A DNA stretch of 62,677 bases, filler included, from Rhabdomonas costata (GCA_019059605.1; 24 parts of 24 records of this genome joined end to end with filler, not necessarily neighbours in it); one strand, 5' to 3'; numbered from the whole stretch's first letter, positions 23,556 to 36,626 are shown. Numbers and translations are program-made. Notes: generated by a model from the sequence alone, not told the origin.

Positions 23556-24563
23556 AGCGGCGGGTGGAGCTCCTGCTGCTAGTTGTGGCCCGGGGGGCAG
23601 ACCTCCGGAGCGCGTGGGACCGAGGCCGCACCACCGCCCTGGCCTACATCCGCGAGCACTACGAGTTGCCGGTGCAGAGGAAGGTCTGCCTGGATGAACG
23701 TGAATTCCTCGCCGTCCATCTTCCTACGCCCGCCTCCGGATCTGCACACCAATTAGTCAGAGGGGGAACCGCTTACTTCGGCTCAAATCTTCGCCCCAAA
23801 CTGGAAGTACCACCTTCGGGCATCAACTCCGATCAGAAATCAGTCATGTCTTCCGACGCCGATTGATGAAAGTGGCCACGTCTTGTTCCATGTCAACACA
23901 TCTATCTGGGGTAATGTGCAAAGTTTGGGACACGTGAAAGACGGGGTGAAAACGTTTTCCTGTGGGAGTAGTGGTATTTGGAGTTCGTAAGCGTTTGAGG
24001 AAACTCCTCGATATCGGCTTTACAGGGACCAGCGAAATATGAGAAAACGAACTTTAAGTGTTGCATTTGAAAGCTTTGACATTCACCAACACTTCATCTT
24101 CAACTTTGAATTCCATTGGACGGCGAGAGGAGTTTACGGACGTCTCAAGTCATTTCTTAAACATTTACATGTTGGTGTGAAGAAATGACTTGCGGCGTCC
24201 GTGTCGGGAATGGAATTCGAACAGGAGGTGAGGTGCCTTCTTTGAAGTCCCCGGTTGGCGTTTGTTCACAGCACTATGAATCTCACCATGTTTGACATGA
24301 AGGTCCGAACGTGTCAGGACCCACATCCGCGCCAGTTTATCACTCCTCCGTGGCCACACACACAGGTGCTGGAGCAGTGGCAGCGCAGCGAGTTTGAGCG
24401 CTCCCGCAGCGAACAGTACCGGTTTGGGCTGCTGAAGAAGTCGGTCTCTCGACAACCCGGGAGCTCCGCCGCCCCGGCCCCACCTCCGGCATCGGCCGTG
24501 GAGGAGGCGGAAGCCATTGCCGTGCGGCCCTTCAACCTGAATGCCCCTCTGGAGGTGGCGTAG
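23556..24563 (+). CDS. Ankyrin-like repeat protein, last two exons (23556-23683, 24366-24563)
   Basis: VELLLLVVARGADLRSAWDRGRTTALAY is ankyrin-like. A phase-0 GTCTGC..CAG intron leads to a terminal exon ending in TAG. Confidence 0.6.
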
Positions 24564-25222
24564 AACTGCCGAACCTTCAAGCCGTGAACCCCGAAATGGA
24601 TAGGGTGGCCACGCTCTGTTGGGGGGTGGGGGACGCTGGCACTGCCAGCACTGTGTGCTGGTGCAGGCCATTGCGCTCCTTCTTTCCCTCCCTCGCCTGC
24701 CTCCTTGCTGCTACCATCTGTACCATTCTGATAGTGTGATTGATGTTCGTTTGCTGTTTGGAATGGGATTTTCTTTATGTTGTGATGTGTGTGCACGTTT
24801 GTGTGTGTCCGTTGCATAAGAATGCTTGTACTTCGGGGAAGCTCTCTGTTATTCTGTGTTATGATTGCCATCCTGTTTTGGTTTCAGAGGAAATCCTCTG
24901 GGCAGGTCTTGACGGGAGGGAGCCTGTCGTTGCTGAGGTTAAAAAGAAGACAAACGCAGCAGAGCTGTCGGTCAGCCGTTAGGAAGCACGAAGTCGATCC
25001 ATTGGAAAGAAGTTCCTTCTTGTTATTTTGGGGGGTCTTCTTCTGTTGTGGAAAGCTAGTGCAGGGCTCGACGTGCAACCAACGCAAAAACTGGGCGCGA
25101 GGTGGATGTGGGGGATATGGGAGGAGGATTTGCTGTGCCTTTTTGCATAGTGCTCTTTGATCTCTGGTCTGGTCTTTTTTATTGCTGTTGGTTTACTTTG
25201 TCGTTCGTTCGTTTGTCCAGCA

Positions 25223-26071
25223 ATGTCGGTCTCTCCCTCTGCGGTTCAGAAAAAGCGCCAAGGTGTGCCTGATGGTGGTGGTGGCGGCGGCGGTGTGCAT
25301 TGCTGTAAGTACAGTCAACATTCACGTATTTTGGCAATCTGCTGTTAAACTTTTGGCAGTTGTAAGAAAAATCGGCACTCCGAGGTCAAAAGTTTGGCCA
25401 AAATTGTTCACCCACAGACAAAATATCTGGAAAAAAAATAACCACATATTTGGCGTGGAGGACTTGCTCATCGCTTGAGCCCATGAGCCTTTTGAGCCAT
25501 CAACCTTCAAGCATTGCTGACGAATGAAGTTATGTGCGATTAGAGTTCGTCTGTTGGGGCCACGGGCTGTGCAGCGCAGTGCCTATGTAGTGCTCTCTGA
25601 TTTCTCCCTCCGCGCCTTCCACCGATCAGATGGGTATGAGTCCAGGATACTCTGCATCGGGGCGGGCTACGTCGGAGGCCCTACCATGGCTGTCATCGCG
25701 TACAAGTGCCACGATGTGAAGGTGTGCCCCCGCTTTTCCTCCTTTCCGTGACTTTCTTTCACACCCACCCAAGTATTTTTGAGGGACTGTGCTTTTGCGA
25801 GTATAACGTCGTAACGCCTCAAACTTCTCTTGTTTTGAGAAAGAATAAAACTGAGAATGCATGCCCTCTGCTGCAAACTTACATGCACGCACACTTCGTT
25901 CCGTGTGTCGCTCCGTGTGTTTTGTTTTCCGAAGTACTCCACGCACGCAGTCCAGTCCGACCCCGTACGCAGGGTACATCAGAAACACTCGCGTGTGTGG
26001 CGGGGTTTGGGCACAGGTCACGGTGTTTGACGTGTTCAAGCCTCGGATCGACGCCTGGAACTCCAACAAAA
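25223..26071 (+). CDS. UGDH: UDP-glucose 6-dehydrogenase, N-terminal exons (25223-25262, 25630-25721, 26017-26071)
   Basis: Spliced product [61 protein letters not shown] contains the diagnostic [11 protein letters not shown] and RIDAWNS motifs. Confidence 0.95.
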
Positions 26072-27142
26072 NNNNNNNNNNNNNNNNNNNNNNNNNNNNN
26101 NNNNNNNNNNNNNNNTTAATTAATTAANNNNNNNNNNNNNNNNNNNNNNNNNNNNNNNNNNNNNNNNNNNNGGTGTTGTGGTAATAAGTCCCTAATGTCA
26201 CTCTTTTGTTGTCAGGAAATGCTAGTGCGAGTAAAATTCCGAGCATTACGCAAACTAGTTGGGGTCAAAAATTCACAGATCTCAATACACGTTAAAGGTT
26301 TATAACGCGTTACGGTCATATGTTTTCTCTTTGAGTTCGATTTTGACCAAAATGCCAATAGGCTCGGCCTCATTTTCGATTGGACAGCTGTGAACATGAC
26401 ATGACTGTGCGAGTAGAGGAGTTGATGTCTGAAAACTGAACAAGAAATGGGTGATAAATGAGTTTGAGTGAGGATTGTGGGTGAGTTTACGGCAGTGTTG
26501 TGAAATGGTGGTGGATAAAAACATGATAGCTTGTTGCATATGTTTTGGTTTGATATGGTAATGGTAAGTTAGCTAGTGCTCACTGGCGTGTTTTTTACTA
26601 ACATGTATTCCGCAACAACGCGTTCCACGGCGTAGTATGCTTCCCGCACACTGGCACGTGATATCTTTGGTAAAAATGTGCTCGGTGGTGTATGGAAAAG
26701 TGCCCAAAATTCAAGCATTAAAGCCTCATCATCACTTGAGTCTGTGAATGTTCATCATGGTTTAACCCCTTGAAAGATGCATCATGGATCAGTCAAAAGA
26801 TTTTATTAAATCCACTGGAAGCGTGCATTGCCACCCAACTACATGCAAAAGATTCTAAAAGAATTCCTGAGAATAGTGCATTGCCTCCTAATACCGTTTA
26901 AAAGCTTCTGTTTGAATCCAATGGAAGCGCGCGTTTATTGGCAGTGTTCTTCGGTCATGGTGGATCCATGATGCACTTGAAGTGGTGGATCCAGGATTCA
27001 CCAGCGCCTTACTGAATTCTGACTTTAGTGTTTTAGTCATGCGGGATACAGTGTCCATCACGATATTTTGAATAAAATCGAATCGCGTTCTTTTTGGGTG
27101 GGTGGGTTTTGCCCTTTTAGTTTTGTTCCTATGACTTCACAG

Positions 27143-28096
27143 CTGAACGAGATGTCCTTGGAGGACCGCAGTTTTGTGGACACAAAGTATGATGAGCGTG
27201 CGCGTCGTGTGACTAGCGCGTGATATTTGTTCACAGTTTTTCAGTTGCCAGGTGAATCATGCGTTCAATAGTGGAGAAATTGAAGAAAAAGTTGGGACCT
27301 TCAAAGGGGATTCAATTGGACGAAATGATAAACTCAGTGTCAAACCTTTTCGTCATTGCAATCTTTATCTGTTTTTATACGGAGAAAACTGGCTTTTTGT
27401 CTTGATTGCCTTGACACCGAAAACGCTTCCCAACTATTTTTTATCTAATATTCTTTGAAGCAGTCACTGCACTCCTTTTTTGATTATCACTAGTCTTCCT
27501 TCGTGGCAGGGAGGGGGTTACCCCTGAGAATCAACGTTCTTCAAATATCCCGATATGACTCTTTTCGTTGGAGAGGCTTTTAGTCTAAATCTTTCTGGCA
27601 AAAAAAAAGGAGCATCTTATTCCATGGGGAAAGTCCCCGCTGTGCTGCAAATGAAGTGGCGACTCCAATTTTGGCATTGTTTGTGTGACGACGATCCCCT
27701 CTCCATCCGGCAAGCGGTGAATCCCCTGGCACATTTGTTTGGTTGTATTCATCGTGAACTCCATGCTGGCATTTTGCGCTGCGAGGGATTGGGGATTGGG
27801 ACACGTTGTTTCTCCCTGTTTGGTGGTTTTTCCATCACCATCCATCACCATTCCTACCTTCACTTCTGCGATGGTGGTGTTCCGCCCCCTGCTTGCGCAG
27901 CATTGTGGTGTGTGCGCCTGAGCTGCTGGGGCTGTTCAAGGAGAATTTTGACTTTTTCGACCTCAAGCACGACTGCGTGCAGGGGATCGTGGACGGCAAG
28001 CTGCTGGGCAGCAAGGTCGTGGTGGATCTGATCCAGGTGCCCTTCCTGGAGCGGGTGTGCTCGCCCAGCCACTACGCCAGGATCTCCCACGCCGTG
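27143..28096 (+). CDS. Translation initiation factor eIF2B epsilon-like, internal exons (27143-27186, 27901-28096)
   Basis: RSFVDTNIVVCAPELLGLFKENFDFFDLKHDCVQGIVDGKLLGSKV...ERVCSPSHYARISHAV matches the eIF2B-epsilon (GCD6) segment D..I.ICSPEVL.LF.DNFD...DFV.GIL...LG.K...RV....Y..VS. Confidence 0.75.
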
Positions 28097-28434
28097 GTAC
28101 GCCGCAATCCCCTCCCATCCTGCCCACCCTCCTGCGGACAACCCCTTCGCTCACCTCTTTCCCTTTTGTTATCAATAGGCGTTTTCAAATCTTGTTACTT
28201 GGGGGGGGGGGGCTACTTTGCAGTGGTCGGTCACAACGAGTATTCGAACAGTGATTATCATCGAAAGTGATTCGTTTCAATTGATTGTTGGGGTTCCGTC
28301 CGTTTGGTGACCCCCCCCCTACGATCTGGAAAGTGGGGTGGGGTCACCAAACAGATTAAACCCGTACCTCTTGTGCATCCATTTGCGACATTGAAGGGAG
28401 AAAACAAATGAAGGAAAGAGGATCATCTGCTGAC

Positions 28435-28560
28435 CTCCCTGCGGGGTAAGCTTCAGGCTCGTCCCGAACAGCACCAGCACCAGGTACCGCACCACGGTGC
28501 CGTCCAGAAGCCACACCGTGTGACCGATCTGGTGGCGCCGGTAGTAAACGATCATCTCCC
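28435..28560 (-). CDS. Isolated internal exon of an unknown protein
   Basis: CAG acceptor, GTCAGC donor, 126 nt, strongly GC3-biased frame EMIVYYRRHQIGHTVWLLDGTVVRYLVLVLFGTSLKLTPQG. Confidence 0.55.
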
Positions 28561-28786
28561 CTGCGTGCCAAAACAACCACCAGCACGGAGGGCAGAGCCA
28601 TGGCAAAAAAATAAACACAAAGACCACACACACGCTCACATCGATGGAGTTGAGGGCAACAGAAAATCGACTGCCAACCCCACCACNNNNNNNNNNNNNN
28701 NNNNNNNNNNNNNNNNNNNNNNNNNNNNNNTTAATTAATTAANNNNNNNNNNNNNNNNNNNNNNNNNNNNNNNNNNNNNNNNNNNN

Positions 28787-29800
28787 GCTGCAGCCTTTTT
28801 GTCTTGTGCTTGCTCTCGTACCATGCGACATAAGCTGCAAGATTTCCCCAAAATTCGGCCATGACGGCTACCAACGTGGCTTGAAACCGGAAATTTCCTT
28901 TCTTGTGGAGCGCTTGCAGGTATGTCCACTTCAACGCGCTCAGCTGCGACGTGCAGAGATGTCCGTCTTGGCAGTGGTTCTCGACGCCCACTTCTTGTCT
29001 TAGTGCTTTCCTGCACGGGCAGGTTTCCCCGTTACCTGCAGCCGGCACCTCTTGCAGGCTCCTTGACACGGGTGTATAATTGAAGAGCTTTTGTGACACC
29101 CGGGGGCCGTAGCACTCGGCCACTCGCAGCTGCGCTGCTACTTGGGGTTCGGGATGCAGCGCGTAAATTTGCGGGGACCGGAGAACCTCCCGTACTCTGC
29201 ACTCTTCTGTGGCTTCCAGGAGGAACGGGAACCGGATGAATTGCCTTGGTTGTGCTGATGGCTTTTTCTTCAAGATGCTGTGTATAATTCGTCTCATTGC
29301 ACCGTACACTCCGGGCTGTCTTCCTTCCTGCTCCTGCCCGGCTTCATCAGCTCCCGCAGCGCCTCTCGGCTCTAATCTTCTAATCGGTTAGCCTTATTGT
29401 ATTTGCTATATTCGCTGAGCCAGGCTTGCAACTCAGCCGTGGTCCAGAGGGGTTCTCGGGACGGATTACAATAAACAATAAACCTTTGGGCTGGTTGCTC
29501 GCACACCCACGGGCTTTCAGGGCCACGCACTGTTCCATCCTCTCGGCCACATGGTCCCCAGCCTTTTTATCGACTCTGGCTCAAGTGTTTCACCAATGTC
29601 TCCAAAGCAGGCCGCTTCATATAGCCGACCCTTTCAACCCTTTTCGTCCACCTTCTCCAGGGGCAGCATCACGAAAGAGAAGGGGTTGAGGTCTTTCTTG
29701 AGCACGTGTAATGCGTGCAAGAAAAACGGAGATAGACGTAATATGTTGATTACCCTGCGTTTGATTAACTTGAGTCTTGGCCTGGCTTGGAATCACCCAG
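28787..29800 (-). mobile_element. Decayed Penelope-like retroelement, region N-terminal to the RT
   Basis: Intronless frame with KLFNY...CPC...GHLCTSQLSALKWTYLQALHKKGNFR resembles the CxC...GH(V).T.DL...L..KG.KFR segment preceding the RT in Penelope-like elements. The upstream part is frameshifted and the RT core is not in the contig. Confidence 0.6.
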
Positions 29801-32338
29801 GTCTCTCATCCAGGAGAAAGATTATTAATAAAGTTTGTTTCGTACCCCCACCCCTTTTGAGCAGGGGCGTTGCTCATGACGTGAGTAGCGAGCACAATGC
29901 AAAATGTCAAGGAGGCTTTATAGTACGGTTTTAATGATGAATCAATAGAACAGATTGTTTGCGAGCGAAGGTCACGTCCCCGGCGCGGCCCGAGCCAACA
30001 CCTGAGCGGGATGTAAGATATAAAAGGGTGAGATACGTTAAACCGGCAACTTGGGTCTTGGCCTAGACCCATAATCCTTTGCTTTCTTTTGTATAACGGC
30101 ATTATATGTTCAACAAAAAACTTAAACAACCCATGGCAACGTTATTCGCCGGCCAACGCACGCTTTCGCTGCGATTCCCTCAGGCGCTTTTGCAAGGGTT
30201 GGGTGGCGATGCTCATGTCCGGAGGCTGAGGTTCTTGGTCTGCCAGGGAGTCTTAGTCCTGAAAAGCAACCACCGGCCGGCATACACGTTGTCGCGCACG
30301 TATAAAGTTGTTACACTAAAACCCTGCTTTCGTCGTTGTTATACGTGTAACTGCGCCCCCCCCCCCCAAAGGCGTCCCACTAGCACCAAATCCCAATTCG
30401 GTAAATATTTCCCTTTGTTTTCTTGTCTTCGCGAGCGATTGCGTGTGTGGAACCTCAAAAGCAATCACACGCTTCAGAAAGCACAAAAGGCACAATCGTC
30501 AGACCCGCCCCCCATCCCCAGACTGAAATTCAGGGTGTTGACACGTTTTTCTGTGGTGGTTGCTCTTCCTCAAGCGACGCGAAGCAAGAAGGGACGTCCT
30601 CAGCGCAACACAAAAACCTGCACACGACAGTAATTGGGTGCTGGTAACGTTCCCCAATCGTTTTTGTGTGATAATATCGTCACCTTTTGGTCAAATTCCA
30701 ATTTTCCCCTCCCCCTCCCCCAATCTTAATTGGGCCGATGCAAGAATAGACGCCGATGACCAAAAAAGGAAAACCCAAAACCATAGGACTGAGATAGAAA
30801 GGAAAGATTGGCATCAACAAAAACGCAGGAACAGCCCCCGCAAAAATTGAAAGGAGTGGGGAGAACACCACAAGGAAGAGCACGAAAGCAACGCAAAAGA
30901 TTGTTTGAAGTCGAGCAGAAGAAGGAAAAGAGCAGGCAAAAGTTGAACGAAGTGCCCGAAACGAGACATGAATTGAGGTGGTGGTGGTGGTGGTATGAAT
31001 ATGAGGCGAGGGGCACACCCCGAAAGTGCCGAAGACTCCAAAGGTTGATCTTCGACAACCGCGAGGACCTTCTGGCTGAGCAGCGGAATGGAGCGGATTC
31101 TCTCAGCTAGCTGTCGTGCAACCCACCGCCCACAACCAAAAGCAAACCACCTCTCAACCCACCACACCTTTTTATCACGCGGTCCAATGGCAAAAGTTAT
31201 CGAGCATAACAGAACGAGTCCAGAACGAGCGTTGGTACAAGCTTGTTAGCCCTCCCCACAACACCATTCCATGGTACCCAACTCACCCAGCACNNNNNNN
31301 NNNNNNNNNNNNNNNNNNNNNNNNNNNNNNNNNNNNNTTAATTAATTAANNNNNNNNNNNNNNNNNNNNNNNNNNNNNNNNNNNNNNNNNNNNTGTGTTG
31401 GTGGGCCATGGCGGCGCTCGTGTATCGTGTACTCGTGTACTTGGCATTTTTGCGCTGACTGGAGGCCATATCCGGTTGGGCTTCATTGATGTGGTGTCAG
31501 TGTAGGCGCAGTGCGGGTAGGTTAGCTTGTGGGTGTAATCTGTGATATTGGGTATGTAATGTGTTTGTGTCTTCTTCTTCATACTGCGAAGCTGGTTGGG
31601 TGGTGACGGGGGGAGTGTGAGGCGGGGGCTCCTCGAATGAGTAGCTGAAGTACTGAGCATTGTAAGCTTGGGGAGTGGTGTCCACAGGTTCTGTACATTC
31701 ATGTTGTTACTGAACGGTCCGCAAAGTATGCTCTGTACGAACCAGATACGCCATTCTTTCTGGGTAGTGTGTGTCGAATCTCGAAGCGTCGGGCGTAGGA
31801 TTGTTATAATTAGGCGTGCCAGTGGTTGGCTGTAGTTAGGAGATTGGTGTGGTAGGATCCAAACATCTTTTGACTTTTTGGTGGCTTCACAAGTCTGCTC
31901 GCTACTTACTGGCGTTTATAAAAACCAGAAGCGTATGTTTTAAAACCGCTGAATCAGACAATATCTCACAAGAAAACCCACACGTAGATTGACTAGTATA
32001 TGGTTTTTCGGCGTATCTACCTAAAACCACAAACCAGAATGAATGGCCAAGAAAAGCTTCCGCCTTTTGAGTAAGACTTAATTATTGCTCGTGTTTTTGT
32101 CACGGAAGATTGGTGGACCGAACCGTTTTCAACCACAAAGTGAGAACGCAAAGGCGCGGTCAAATCTGGTGTGTTTACTGAAAACCCGTATGAAACCAGA
32201 CGTAAATCATGAATGGAATGCCAAAGAATGACAGAGAAGACAAGATAATGGTAATACCGATCAAATAGACCGAATTTAATGTACAAAGGAAGTTGGCGGG
32301 GTAAAATTCGGGTTTTTGAAAATAAAATGTCGGTTCTA

Positions 32339-32590
32339 GTTCGGCTATGGCACCCCCCCAAGCAGTTCGGCTGATACAACCCACATCCACATTAGTTCGG
32401 TTGAGTCACACCAACCATCCCAAGAGGGAAAGTAATGCACTACACCATCATCATCATGTTTTAGTCACACCTTCAGTTGGATTCTGGTATTGCCTCAGCA
32501 GGGGGTAAGGAATCGATGCTTAGTGTAGAAGGCGAGTAGCGGTGGGGGGGGTGCTTCAGCCAAACTTCTGGGGGGGTGCCATAGCCGAAT
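32339..32590. mobile_element. MITE-like element, 252 bp, with about 50-bp imperfect TIRs (21-bp perfect core) flanked by TA
   Basis: TTCGGCTATGGCACCCCCCCA (32340-32360) pairs with TGGGGGGGTGCCATAGCCGAA (32569-32589). TA occurs at 32337-38 and 32591-92. Confidence 0.65.
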
Positions 32591-34546
32591 TATTGCCCAA
32601 AATGTCTTGTTCAAAATTATATCCAGATGTCACAAGGACAAAAAGGTGTGGAAGAAAAGGAGCCAAACGGGAAATAATCTGTATTTGTGCGTGTGGATAT
32701 CAATTTTTGCAAAGAAACTTTTGGGGTCCCGAGGTCTCGAGAATGTGAATTAGGTGTGTTTTTAGCAACTACATCCTGATGCGAAAGATGAAACATGCAT
32801 TCTTTTTTACTATCAAAAATGAGTGACAGCAATCACATAAACGCAAGTAACTTATGAGTAACACACGCTCTCAACAGCTCTGGGTTTAGATTACACTGCG
32901 TTGTAATCAGATGTTCCGTGGCGTCGCTTATCCATGCTCCACGGAGTACGGGATTCACGGTGCTCTAATACGCACATTTCCATGGCTGCTGGTGTTTTTG
33001 CAGATATTATCCTGAATGCGTAGATGAAATCGTCTGATAAGCTCCAAGGAATTCTGTCGGAGAGTGGTAGGTGTTGATTGATTCCGCTTGATGGTGTTGA
33101 TCACCACTCAAGAGGTCTGCTCTCAAGTTGCTGTTTTCGTTTTAGAGGCGTCAGAAATAAATCAGTTGTCTTCTGATACTCCACAAAGACTCTGGGTGTT
33201 CCGAGAAGTATGGATCAAAAACTCAAAAACAAAAATAAACATGTGTAATGTGACGACAAAGTGCGACAGAGATGTACACAGAGTGCTAAAGTGGAATGTA
33301 GCCTGTAGAGGTGAGCGTGGTGGTAGTGATGGTTTGGATGGCCTTGCGTGTATTTGGCAACGCTGGTGCAACACAGAAGTAGCCGATCATGTTAACAATC
33401 GATGTCTATTGAGCAAGAATCGGGGTAAATTTTCCAACGTTTAAGTTGACCAGTTGGTGGATGCAGTTCGAATAATTAACTCGATTTAATTTCTAATGTT
33501 TTGAATTCACATGCTCCGTACAAATTACGAAAGCAATAGAATTCCCACATTTCTGAATTTTTAACACTGCGAACACCGATGCAACGTGTTTCCTTTTCCT
33601 AAACACTGCGCTCTGGAACTTTATCAACCCGCTGCTACCACCTGTCACGAAGTGCAGGTGCTACTTCGGTGCGTTCCACCGCACTTGTGAAGGAAACAAA
33701 CCACCACCTGTCAGACGGCACGGAGAGCCAGGACCAATTACGTGGCTCTTGCGACTCCCCGCGTTGCGCACTCCGCTCCCCTCTGTGGTCCCTGCCGACA
33801 AAACGTTCGCTTTTCGGGCGCTGTCAACTCACATAGGTGAGGAGGCTTTCTTTCCCACGGGCTGCCCGCGCTTTCGCCAGGGGCGGTATAGAGCCTGACC
33901 CCAACCATCCNNNNNNNNNNNNNNNNNNNNNNNNNNNNNNNNNNNNNNNNNNNNTTAATTAATTAANNNNNNNNNNNNNNNNNNNNNNNNNNNNNNNNNN
34001 NNNNNNNNNNTTTTTCTGTGGTGGTTGCTCTTTCGTTTTACTCGAAAGAGCAAAAATGCACGTCTTCAGTGGAAACCTGCACATGACAAACGTGTAGCAA
34101 AGCGTCACGTACGGCCGGTTTTTGTCCCCGATCCACACACCTCGGCCTCTGCTTGAAGCCTTTTGCATGGAAAAAAGTGCCGTCGCCAACACTTGCTTAC
34201 GTCGAAGAGTCCATTACACGGCCTTTGTAGAGGAACTAGCGTTACACACAAAAAAACTAAGGTGATTACAATAAGGAAATCTGTGTTCAAGGTAGTATTG
34301 TCACCAAAACCCTTTCGTACGTTTTTCAGGCAAAACCTGAAGTTTCCCAAAGACCTCTCTCTCACTTTCTCTTGCTGTGTTTCTCAACTTCTGCTGAGGA
34401 CAACAGAAGAATAAACCCAATCGGGTAGGTGCCCGCAGAAGCAAGCCCCCCTCCCCCAAGTCGATTGAGAAAGGTACCTTCTGGACTGGCTTGGCATCAT
34501 CTAACAAAAGCCGCCTACAGAATGGTGTCTGGGGCGCGACACTCAC

Positions 34547-35191
34547 CTTGGCCTGGACCTGGGCGATCACTCGGCAGGCCGACAAAAAGGTCGGCCAGTT
34601 GCCCTGCTGCTCGTGCTGCACGGTGTGCAGCGCCAGGGTGAGCGCCCCCGGGTGGTCACACAGATCCGTCCGAACCGATTCTGAGCGCCAGCGTGTGGGC
34701 CACCCAAATTCCCATGCTCATATTTTCCGCCCTTTCTGGGGGGTTTTTGCTGGAAAAAATAGGACGAACGATAGCTCGCCACTCTCTTTAAAGTCTTTAA
34801 AGTCGAAGACACCCCACACACACACACACCAAAACATTCAAATAAAAATCGTAGTTGGAGTAACTTCTCAGAGGCAGCAATTATCAATATGAAAAATACC
34901 CCACCTATCTCCTCTCACAGACTCCGTAGCAAACAAGAGGAAAACAAAAAATGACAAAAGCGCAAATGGTGCTGCGGCGACGAATACATTGCCAATAGGT
35001 AGCGTGTGCGCTGGTGATTGGAGAGCGGAAGGGTCAAATGCATCACACACACACACGCACAGCTCATGCACTTTTCTATCTCAGAAAAATAAAGAAAAGT
35101 GACACAAGGCCCTGTTAGGGCTGCTCAGCATCTCCCTCTCTCTTCCCACCCACACGAAAAGCTCATAAGCCCCCCAGCGTGCTGTTTTCAG

Positions 35192-35230
<39 letters not shown>

Positions 35231-35421
35231 AACGGGTGACATAGACAGACACCGGATTGGCTCGCCAGGGAGGCCAGCACAGACATCACCGAGGAGAGCA
35301 AAGCGGAGTTGGTAGGGTGCCGCGAGCACACCCCAAGCAGGACGTCAAGGTATTCATACGAAAGCAGCCCGTGCAGGACGAAGTCCCGCGTCTCCGCTGA
35401 GACCCCCATCCCCTTGTTCAT
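34547..35421 (-). CDS. Armadillo/HEAT-like helical repeat protein exons (35421-35253, 34680-34547)
   Basis: Phase-1 join gives YLDVLLGVCSRHPTNSALLSSVMSVLASLASQS/ESVRTDLCDHPGALTLALHTVQHEQQGNWPTFLSACRVIAQV, an ARM-like pattern. Confidence 0.6.
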
Positions 35422-36626
35422 CTAATCAGTTTCTTCAACCAACCTTCCTCCGCACAGCCAGAGGGGAAAGCCATTAACAATGTATGAAAATAAAAGCTCT
35501 CCTCGCAAATTCTTCAGTCTGCTTCTCTAGGGCACCCACTGCTTTTTCTTGGTGGGCCAACTTGCTGCGCAACCACCGCAATAGAAAGGTGGGCCAATTT
35601 GCTGTGGGACTGAACAAGAGATCCTTCACGTAACCACACAAAAGACCCATAGATGAGAGCTATTCATGAGATTTCATACCGGAACGGTTAAAGTGGATAT
35701 TTGAGCTCCCACGTTGAGAGGTGTCTGGAAGATGGTTTCGGTGAGGAGGTTTAAGGGTTACCCGACTCTGCATAAAACTCCTGTGGATCGGGGGCTACTC
35801 ATGACGCTCGTCACTTTTGCTGCAGTGCGCAGTTTTGGTTCGTTGAAGAAGTCCCAAATTGTCTCTTTCCTGAAGGCTGAGCCGAAGAAGACCTCGGGTT
35901 GTTTGTACCTACACCAGGCATTCAAAAAAGCTGCGGGGCCGGTCCTTGGAGACAGGGTTCCTAGCCCTTCACCCTCGGCATGTCGGGATACCCTTGGTTG
36001 CGTATCTCTTTTGCGCCACTGTTTGCCCCGCGCGTATGTTGAAAAGCCGAAAGCAAGCACACCACAGAAAGATCAGGAAGGACGACAGCAACGGCGGGGC
36101 ATGCGGAGGAACAAAGAAGGATGAGGGGTGGGGACAGAGGGAGAGGCGCCTGCGTTGATGAACGGCAGAAGGGCTTGGCAGCTCACCACAACGGTCTCCT
36201 CTGAGGACTCCGGGGCCATGATCCCTGGTTGGCAGTTCACCGCAGAGTTTAGATTTACATCCCCCCAAACCTATAAAATCGAAACCACATTCTTGTAAAA
36301 AATTCGGCTGAGCAGGTTGATAACGGACTCTAGTGGACTCCACTGCATGCAATTCTTGCCAAAATGTCTTTGACAGTTCATCTGATCCGTTCTTGCGGAG
36401 TAACGGTTGCATCTGAGAAGAATTCCACCCTAGGAAAATAGAAAAGCAAAAAAACGCCTTTAGAGGATAGTGGGAAAGAATAGAATTCCCATACTTAACT
36501 GGGAGGGCAAATGGTTAAACCAACCCNNNNNNNNNNNNNNNNNNNNNNNNNNNNNNNNNNNNNNNNNNNNTTAATTAATTAANNNNNNNNNNNNNNNNNN
36601 NNNNNNNNNNNNNNNNNNNNNNNNNN

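Noticed and set aside
36491-36515. ATACTTAACTGG resembling the U1 snRNA 5' end
   Set aside because: There is a mismatch in the splice-site-pairing core, no recognisable stem-loop I, and the contig ends shortly after.
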